Virus record (IMG/VR): IMGVR_UViG_3300006139_000001
Strand: one strand, 5' to 3'
Source of the DNA: a virus
DNA length: 64,000 nucleotides
In this document: in pieces, positions 57,258 to 64,000 of the stretch
Position numbering within the stretch: position 1 is the stretch's first letter
Layout: every line of letters starts with the position of its first letter
Notes under the pieces: generated by a model
Database searches by the model: none
Told to the model about the DNA's origin: nothing
The model's input: the letters and a program-made list of their open reading frames with translations, nothing else
Program-made: the position numbers and the translations under genes

Positions 57258-60200
57258 ATGGATATATTAGTTAATGTTGCAAATCAAAAACTGAAAATTG
57301 CAACTAATCTAAAGAGCCTTGTTGCTGGTACACAAGAGTTTGTGCGTTTTGTGTTTAATCTTACCGGTGATTGGGACGGGTTATTAACTTTCGCACAGTT
57401 TACTCAAAATGGTGTATCTTATAATCAATACTTAGATGATGATAATAGTGCTTACTTACCATCTGAAATTGGTGTTGGCACTTGTACATTAATGTTATAT
57501 GGTAGTAACGATAAAACCATTGCAACTACAAATTATCTCACATTATTTATTGATGAGAATATCCTTGTTGGAGATGCGCAAAGCACTGAAATTTCAGAAT
57601 CACTATATAATCAGCTTGTTACTAAAGTTAATACATTATTAACTTGGAATGAGCAGAATGCATCCGAGTTAATTGCTGTTGATAAGGAATTACAAAGGCA
57701 AATCAATGAAAAAGCAAATGCTACTGATTTAGAAACTGAAACAAAACGTGCTAAACAAGCTGAACAAGCAAACGCAAACGCTATTGCGACAAAAGCAAGC
57801 CAGGCGGAAGTAGATGATTTAACAATTAAGGTCACGCAGCTTGAAAATAATGAAGTTGTATCTGCTCTTATTGAGGATGCTGTTACAAAAGAAATGGCAG
57901 AGTTTTTAAATAGCGGTCAGTTAGCAAATATGACAATTCAGGACAACAGTATTTCGAGGTCAAAAGTTGATTCTGGTTTTAATGATGTCTTAAACAAAGC
58001 CGATACAGCTATGCAACCATCTATGTATGACCCACAAAATTTAAAAGTAGATGTGTTTGCTTATGCGCAATCACGCGCTGATACTGTGCAAAATAATTTA
58101 AATACTCTTAAAAACGAAATTGTGGAAGCGTATGCACTAACTGATAATTTGAAATATACCAATCTTGGTGAAACCATTCGTGGCGCTGTAACTCTTTCAC
58201 GTTCTTATGCACAAGCACTTTTAGCAGATTATAAAGCGTTTACAATTAAAGTTGTAGAACAACTTCCTAATGTTGGCGACCAAATGACGTTTTATCTTGT
58301 CCCCAATAAATCAAACACTGGTTATGATAAATATTGGTGGATTGTGGATGATGATGGCGAAGCAAAATGGGATGTATTCGGTAGTTCCTCAACATTAGTA
58401 GTTACAGAACTTCCTATAATGGGCGAAGAAGATGTTGACTACATTTTGAAATCATCTGCTGGTTGCTTGTATTATAAGTGGATTGATAAAGAGTGGCATG
58501 TCATTGCAGGTTCTATTGCAGAAATTGTATCTCAATTACCTGACAATGGTAATGAGTTTACGGATTATTATTTATTAAATGAAAGTGGTTCATATGTCCA
58601 TTATCGTTATATTAATGGTCATTTCCAAGAAATCGGCGGTAATTCTTATACTAAAGATGAAATAAATGTAATGATTTCTGACTTAGAAAGCAACATTTCA
58701 GTTTTGGAAAGTACAACAAATGATAATAATGGACGAATTAATGTTGTTGAAGCCAAGGTAGATGCATTGGGTAATCTTGTATCTGATGTGACGGAGGCAG
58801 ACAATGGTATCAAAGTCCATTATAAAGACGGAACTTCTAAAACTGTTGATACGAAAGATACCACTGTTAAGGTAGAAGATGTTAATAAAAACGAATCTGG
58901 TATTGCGATTGTATACACAGATGGTAGTACAAAAGACATTGAAATTTCTGGTGGCGGCGGTGGAACAAGCTCTGGCTCTGCTTCAATTACTCGTGTGACA
59001 GATTCTTCAACACAATGTGTATATGGTGACTCCTGCCCTATCACCTTCGTGTTTAATGCGATTGACTCTGCTGGCGATATGGTCGGAGATGGTACTGCAA
59101 CTTGGTATGTAGGTAATATTAAAAAAGCAACCAGTATTGTACATCAAGGAGAGAACACTTTTGATATTGGACAATATTTGAATGTGGGTTCTAACAATGT
59201 CAAGGTGTCTATTAGTGTTGATACTGGTGGTGAATCTCCTACTGTGACTACAAAATCTTGGACGGTAAATGCTATTAATATGTATGCTGTTTGGGATTAT
59301 GACGATACAACTATTAACGAATCCGATACTGTTGCTATTCGATGGACTCCATATGGTGACTTGTCAAAAACTACACACATTTTGATTGATGGCGTTGAGG
59401 TGGCAACAAGTGAAACTACTCGTTCTGGTGTTATGCAGTATGCAACTATCGACAAATATCCACATGGAAGTCATATGGTAGAACTTTATTTGACTGCTAC
59501 TGTGAATAGAAAAGAGATTCGTTCCGAGTCTATTTTCCACGATATGATTTTTGCTGAAAGCGGAAATACGACTCCAATTATTGCAAGTTCTGTAGCTTCA
59601 ACTACAATGACCCAATATAATACATTGAGAATTCCTATTGTTATTTATCATCCAGGGAAGCTAACAACTAATGTAACGTTAGCTGTTGATGATGTTAATG
59701 TGGCTGAATGGAATGATGTAGATAGAACGATTCATTATTGGAACTATACACCAAGTGAGTTTGGCAAAAAGACGCTTACAATTACTTGCGGTGAGATTGT
59801 AAAAACAATAACACTTACTGTAAATAAGCTAAACATTGCAAATGAGGAAATTTCCGGTTACGCATTTCGTTTGAAAGCAAGCGATATTGCAACAAATGAA
59901 GCACTTAGAGTATGGAATAGCAATGGTGTTAATATTAGTTTCTCTGACAATTTTGATTGGAATAATGGTGGTATTCAAACAGAAGAAGATGAAAACGGGA
60001 ATACTCGACAATTTATTTGTATAAAAGCTGGAACAACAGCTACGATTAATTATGAATTGTTCGGCAATGACCCAAGAACAACTGGTAAGAATTTTAAGGT
60101 TATTTTTAAACCAGTCAATTCTCGTGACTATGATGCTGTATTCCTTGATTGTATGGATAATGGTATTGGTATTCAACTTGGAGCAAATGGTGGTACAGCA

Positions 60201-63200
60201 AGTTCTGAACAGAATACTTTATCTGTGCAATATGCAGAAGATTCTTATACGGAATTTGAATTTGATATAAGACCAGACAGTACATTCCGTTATATTCAAA
60301 CTTATCTAGATGGCGTGTTAACAAGTACGAACGTTTATGCTACAGATGACAACTTTACACAAGCAAATAAGAAGAAAATCGTTATTGGTTCTGCTGATTG
60401 CGATGTATATATTTATATGGTTAAGGCATATGAGACATATCTAACAGCAGATAATCATATTGAAAACTTTATAGCCGATGCGCCTAATGCACAGGAAATG
60501 GTTTTACGATATGAGCGAAATGACATTCTTGCTGACAATGGTGAAATTTCATATGAAAAACTTGCCACAAAGAATCCAAACTGTCGTGTCCACCTTTGGA
60601 ATATTCCAAGAATGACTGAAGGTAAAAAGGATTATGTAGATGGATGTAGCTATCAGCAGATTTATACTGCTGGCGATGCTAGACATCAGCTCACCGCAGA
60701 AAATGTGCGAATTAGCATCCAAGGTACTTCGTCTGTCAACTATAAAGATTCTGGTGCAAACACAGACGGTAAATTTAATGATGGATTTACCGATGGTAAT
60801 GGGCAGCATATTGATGGTTACAGCATGGAAGATGATTCTATTCCAGTGAATTACTTTAATACCAAAGTTAATATTGCAAGCTGTGAAAATATCAATAATA
60901 TGTGTCTTGCTGAGTGGTATAATCGCTATCAGCCATATAAAACTTTGTGGAGACAGAAAAATCCAAAGGCAAGAGATTGTATGGAACATCATATGGGTGT
61001 TCAGTTTATTCGTGACCAATCTCATGGACTGTTTAGTGATGACAACTATCATATGTACGCTATTTGTAATATGGGCAATTCTAAGAAAAATCTAAATGTG
61101 TTTCATGATGCAGATAATCCTCTAGAATGTTGCATAGAAACATTGGATAATAACTCAACTCACTGCTTAATGCTTGACCCATCATTTAGCATTGCTGATT
61201 TAGATAGTGAAGATTTCTTTGAGTTCAGATACCCAGATAGTCCCACAAATGAGATGAAACAAGCTTTTGTTAGTTTTGTTCAGTGGATGGCGAACAGCAA
61301 TCCAAGTGGTGCAACTAATGCAGAACTCCCCTCTCCTGTTACATATGGTGCTTATACATTTAAAGGTACAGGTCAGGATGACGAAGTACTAGCTGGACTT
61401 ACTATTAGTGACTATGTTGGTACTTATACGCATGATACCTATGAGTATCGTATGGCTAAAATGTTACACGAATGTGAAGAACATCTTATCATGGATGCTA
61501 TGGTATATCATTATGTTTTTGTTGAACAGCATACATTAGTCGATAATGTATGTAAGAATACCTTCTGGGGCACTGAGGACTTAATTCACTGGCATCTTGC
61601 AAAGAACTATGATAATGATACTGGTGATGGTAATAACAATACTGGTAAACTCGTTATTCCTTATGGTTGTGAAGGCATGGACACTCTTGGCGATGGCGAT
61701 GTTTTTAATGGTAAGACTGCCGTATGGTGGGGATTTATTTACGGATTATATGAGGCAAGGCGTACTATGTGGATTAATCGAGAATCTGCTGGTGCATGGA
61801 ATTCTAAAGCCTATCTTGCATTTGCAAAAGAAAGACAAGATATACTTCCTGAACGTGTTTACAATCAAGATTACTGGTATAAATATCTTCGGCTTTATGA
61901 GACAAAAGGAGTAACAACATATATTCCAATGCTTGAAGGCGGTAAGAAAACGCACCAGAGAGAAAGTTTTGTTACAAACAACGAATATTACATGGCTGGT
62001 CAGTACATGGGCATTGCTTGTACAAGCCGTTCTATCACTCTGCGTGGTTATACACCAAGTACCTGGGCTGGCGTTGAACCTAAGTCTGAGGTATCTATCC
62101 AGCTTTATACCAAAGGTTATATCGTTGTTCAGATTGGTAACATTTTCAAACGTGTAAAAGCCGAAAAGGGTAAATTCTACACAGTTACATTCACCGATTC
62201 TGGTGATATGAACGACACAGTTATTAACCTTCATGGTGCGAATCTGATTCAGGCAGTTGGTGACATTTCTTGTCTGTATGTTGGACGTTCTGACTTCTCA
62301 GCTGCAACTAGACTGCGCTCACTGCAAATTGGCTCTATGGCAGAAGGATACCAGAATAACAACTTAACGGAAATTGGTTTTGGTACAAATACGATGTTGG
62401 AACATCTGTTCATTCAGAATTGCCCGAATGTAAAATCCACATTGGATTTGTCCGGATGTCAAGCTCTACTTGAACTAGATGTACGTGGTAGTGGATTTAC
62501 TGGTATTACATTTGCTATCGGTGGATTGATTCGCAAAGCATTACTCTGCTCTCCTGCGTCTTTGAGCATGAGAAGTTTGTATGACCTAACAGACGCAAAT
62601 CTTTCTCTTGAAAGTTATGCTAACCTATCTACAATCCGATTAGAGAATTGTCCGAATATTGACTCTCTTGCTCTTGTAAATCTCGCAACAAATCTAAGTC
62701 GTGTTCGTATTTTAGGGATTGACTGGACACTTGCAACTACAGATTTACTGAATAAAATGCTTATTTTAATTGGTCTTGATGAAAATGACCATAACGTAGA
62801 TGTTTCTGTTTTAACAGGTGATGTATATATTAGTGGTCAGATTCGCAATCAAGAACTTGAACGATATGCTACTGCATGGGAAAATCTTTCTGTCACATAT
62901 AATTCTGCAAACTTGATTGACCAGTATCTTGCAACATATGTTAATCAGGATGGGACTGTTTTATACACAACTTATGTAGATAGAGGTTCTACACCTCCAG
63001 ACCCTGTTGCTGAAGGATTAATTTCTACACCTACTATAGCAAGTACAGCACAGTTCAACTTTAAATATAATGGGTGGGATGACATAGAAAGTGTCATGTT
63101 GTCACCTCGTACTATTACCGCTCTTTATACTGAAATTACAAGAGAATATACTGTAACTTGGTATTCAAGAGCAGGATTATCTCTTGGTTCTAAGAAAGCT

Positions 63201-64000
63201 CTTTATGGTACGGAAGTTGTATATGATGGTGAAATTCCTACTAATACAGCAGAAGAAGGCACTTATATTTATAATGTGTTTGCAGGATGGGATAAGAGTA
63301 CAGGTTATATTCGAGAGGATATGGATGTTTATGCTGTATGGGATAGAGCAGAACTTCCATCAACAACAAAAGAATTAAGGAATATGTCTTGCGCAGAAGT
63401 TTATGGTATTTGCTCTGCTGGATTGGCAGATAATTATTTTCAAGATAAAGACCACATTGATATTAGACTTGGTTCTGATTTTACATTTAGTAATGTAACA
63501 GAAAAAACAATTCTTGAAAATAAATTCTTTGATGGAACAGAACATTATGATACCGATATTAAATTGTTTGATGCTGATTCTCCATCATTCACTTTAGCGA
63601 TTGACTACGAATTTCTAAGCTCTAACCCAGCTAATGCAACTCTCGTTTCTTGTTTTGAAGAAGATGGAAATGAAGGTTTTAGGTTAAGATATAGTGCATC
63701 TCCAAATATTCAATGGGGAGATAAAGAAATAACTGTTGGTTATGGTGCTAATAGAAATATTGTAGTATTGCGACACATTAAAGGGTCTAATACATTATTT
63801 GTATATGGGTTTAATTCAGAAAATCAAACCTATGCGTTAAGTGCAATTTCTGCTGAAATGGTTCGTGCAAGAAATACTGAGACACAACAAGTTCTTAGTT
63901 TCGGTGCTATACGTTTTGTTGGCGATGGTGAGCACGATTATTATGGAGCTGGATGGATTCACTGGTGTAAAATTTGGTATGATGACCTTGGAGTAACTAA
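57258..64000 (+). CDS. Giant tail fibre / adhesin (>2247 aa, partial)
   Basis: GGGAGG RBS, ATG 57258; same frame still open at window end (...WIHWCKIWYDDLGVT); BppU-like start, Ig/LamG-like, YDNDT CotH-like, LRR-like and FxGW repeat segments. Confidence 0.8.
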   Translation, partial: MDILVNVANQKLKIATNLKSLVAGTQEFVRFVFNLTGDWDGLLTFAQFTQNGVSYNQYLDDDNSAYLPSEIGVGTCTLMLYGSNDKTIATTNYLTLFIDENILVGDAQSTEISESLYNQLVTKVNTLLTWNEQNASELIAVDKELQRQINEKANATDLETETKRAKQAEQANANAIATKASQAEVDDLTIKVTQLENNEVVSALIEDAVTKEMAEFLNSGQLANMTIQDNSISRSKVDSGFNDVLNKADTAMQPSMYDPQNLKVDVFAYAQSRADTVQNNLNTLKNEIVEAYALTDNLKYTNLGETIRGAVTLSRSYAQALLADYKAFTIKVVEQLPNVGDQMTFYLVPNKSNTGYDKYWWIVDDDGEAKWDVFGSSSTLVVTELPIMGEEDVDYILKSSAGCLYYKWIDKEWHVIAGSIAEIVSQLPDNGNEFTDYYLLNESGSYVHYRYINGHFQEIGGNSYTKDEINVMISDLESNISVLESTTNDNNGRINVVEAKVDALGNLVSDVTEADNGIKVHYKDGTSKTVDTKDTTVKVEDVNKNESGIAIVYTDGSTKDIEISGGGGGTSSGSASITRVTDSSTQCVYGDSCPITFVFNAIDSAGDMVGDGTATWYVGNIKKATSIVHQGENTFDIGQYLNVGSNNVKVSISVDTGGESPTVTTKSWTVNAINMYAVWDYDDTTINESDTVAIRWTPYGDLSKTTHILIDGVEVATSETTRSGVMQYATIDKYPHGSHMVELYLTATVNRKEIRSESIFHDMIFAESGNTTPIIASSVASTTMTQYNTLRIPIVIYHPGKLTTNVTLAVDDVNVAEWNDVDRTIHYWNYTPSEFGKKTLTITCGEIVKTITLTVNKLNIANEEISGYAFRLKASDIATNEALRVWNSNGVNISFSDNFDWNNGGIQTEEDENGNTRQFICIKAGTTATINYELFGNDPRTTGKNFKVIFKPVNSRDYDAVFLDCMDNGIGIQLGANGGTASSEQNTLSVQYAEDSYTEFEFDIRPDSTFRYIQTYLDGVLTSTNVYATDDNFTQANKKKIVIGSADCDVYIYMVKAYETYLTADNHIENFIADAPNAQEMVLRYERNDILADNGEISYEKLATKNPNCRVHLWNIPRMTEGKKDYVDGCSYQQIYTAGDARHQLTAENVRISIQGTSSVNYKDSGANTDGKFNDGFTDGNGQHIDGYSMEDDSIPVNYFNTKVNIASCENINNMCLAEWYNRYQPYKTLWRQKNPKARDCMEHHMGVQFIRDQSHGLFSDDNYHMYAICNMGNSKKNLNVFHDADNPLECCIETLDNNSTHCLMLDPSFSIADLDSEDFFEFRYPDSPTNEMKQAFVSFVQWMANSNPSGATNAELPSPVTYGAYTFKGTGQDDEVLAGLTISDYVGTYTHDTYEYRMAKMLHECEEHLIMDAMVYHYVFVEQHTLVDNVCKNTFWGTEDLIHWHLAKNYDNDTGDGNNNTGKLVIPYGCEGMDTLGDGDVFNGKTAVWWGFIYGLYEARRTMWINRESAGAWNSKAYLAFAKERQDILPERVYNQDYWYKYLRLYETKGVTTYIPMLEGGKKTHQRESFVTNNEYYMAGQYMGIACTSRSITLRGYTPSTWAGVEPKSEVSIQLYTKGYIVVQIGNIFKRVKAEKGKFYTVTFTDSGDMNDTVINLHGANLIQAVGDISCLYVGRSDFSAATRLRSLQIGSMAEGYQNNNLTEIGFGTNTMLEHLFIQNCPNVKSTLDLSGCQALLELDVRGSGFTGITFAIGGLIRKALLCSPASLSMRSLYDLTDANLSLESYANLSTIRLENCPNIDSLALVNLATNLSRVRILGIDWTLATTDLLNKMLILIGLDENDHNVDVSVLTGDVYISGQIRNQELERYATAWENLSVTYNSANLIDQYLATYVNQDGTVLYTTYVDRGSTPPDPVAEGLISTPTIASTAQFNFKYNGWDDIESVMLSPRTITALYTEITREYTVTWYSRAGLSLGSKKALYGTEVVYDGEIPTNTAEEGTYIYNVFAGWDKSTGYIREDMDVYAVWDRAELPSTTKELRNMSCAEVYGICSAGLADNYFQDKDHIDIRLGSDFTFSNVTEKTILENKFFDGTEHYDTDIKLFDADSPSFTLAIDYEFLSSNPANATLVSCFEEDGNEGFRLRYSASPNIQWGDKEITVGYGANRNIVVLRHIKGSNTLFVYGFNSENQTYALSAISAEMVRARNTETQQVLSFGAIRFVGDGEHDYYGAGWIHWCKIWYDDLGVT

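Noticed and set aside
57611-63378. Short ORFs listed in the last 6.5 kb
   Set aside because: All overlap the single long frame starting at 57258

Overview
This window is a contiguous piece of a large Firmicutes siphovirus or prophage with SPbeta-like gene order; no host genes are visible. 1-10.8 kb is a minus-strand early region of small ORFs driven by eight near-consensus sigma70/sigmaA promoters that share operator-like motifs. Three self-cleaving ribozymes (two circularly permuted twisters and one type I hammerhead) sit between genes at 9.2-10.3 kb. 10.8-12.2 kb is a repeat-rich non-coding strand-switch region (candidate genome end or origin). From 12.2 kb the plus strand carries a YonO-like single-subunit RNA polymerase, six tRNAs, a beta-CASP nuclease, a frameshifted ClpP, a metallophosphoesterase, HU, packaging/head/tail genes, a tyrosine recombinase, a tape measure gene, a lysis cassette and a >2200 aa tail fibre running off the window. 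The tape measure gene is split by a 982-nt group I intron (39361-40342) that carries no homing endonuclease but an antisense lipoprotein gene with its own perfect promoter. Structural gene names rest on motifs and synteny, not database searches.
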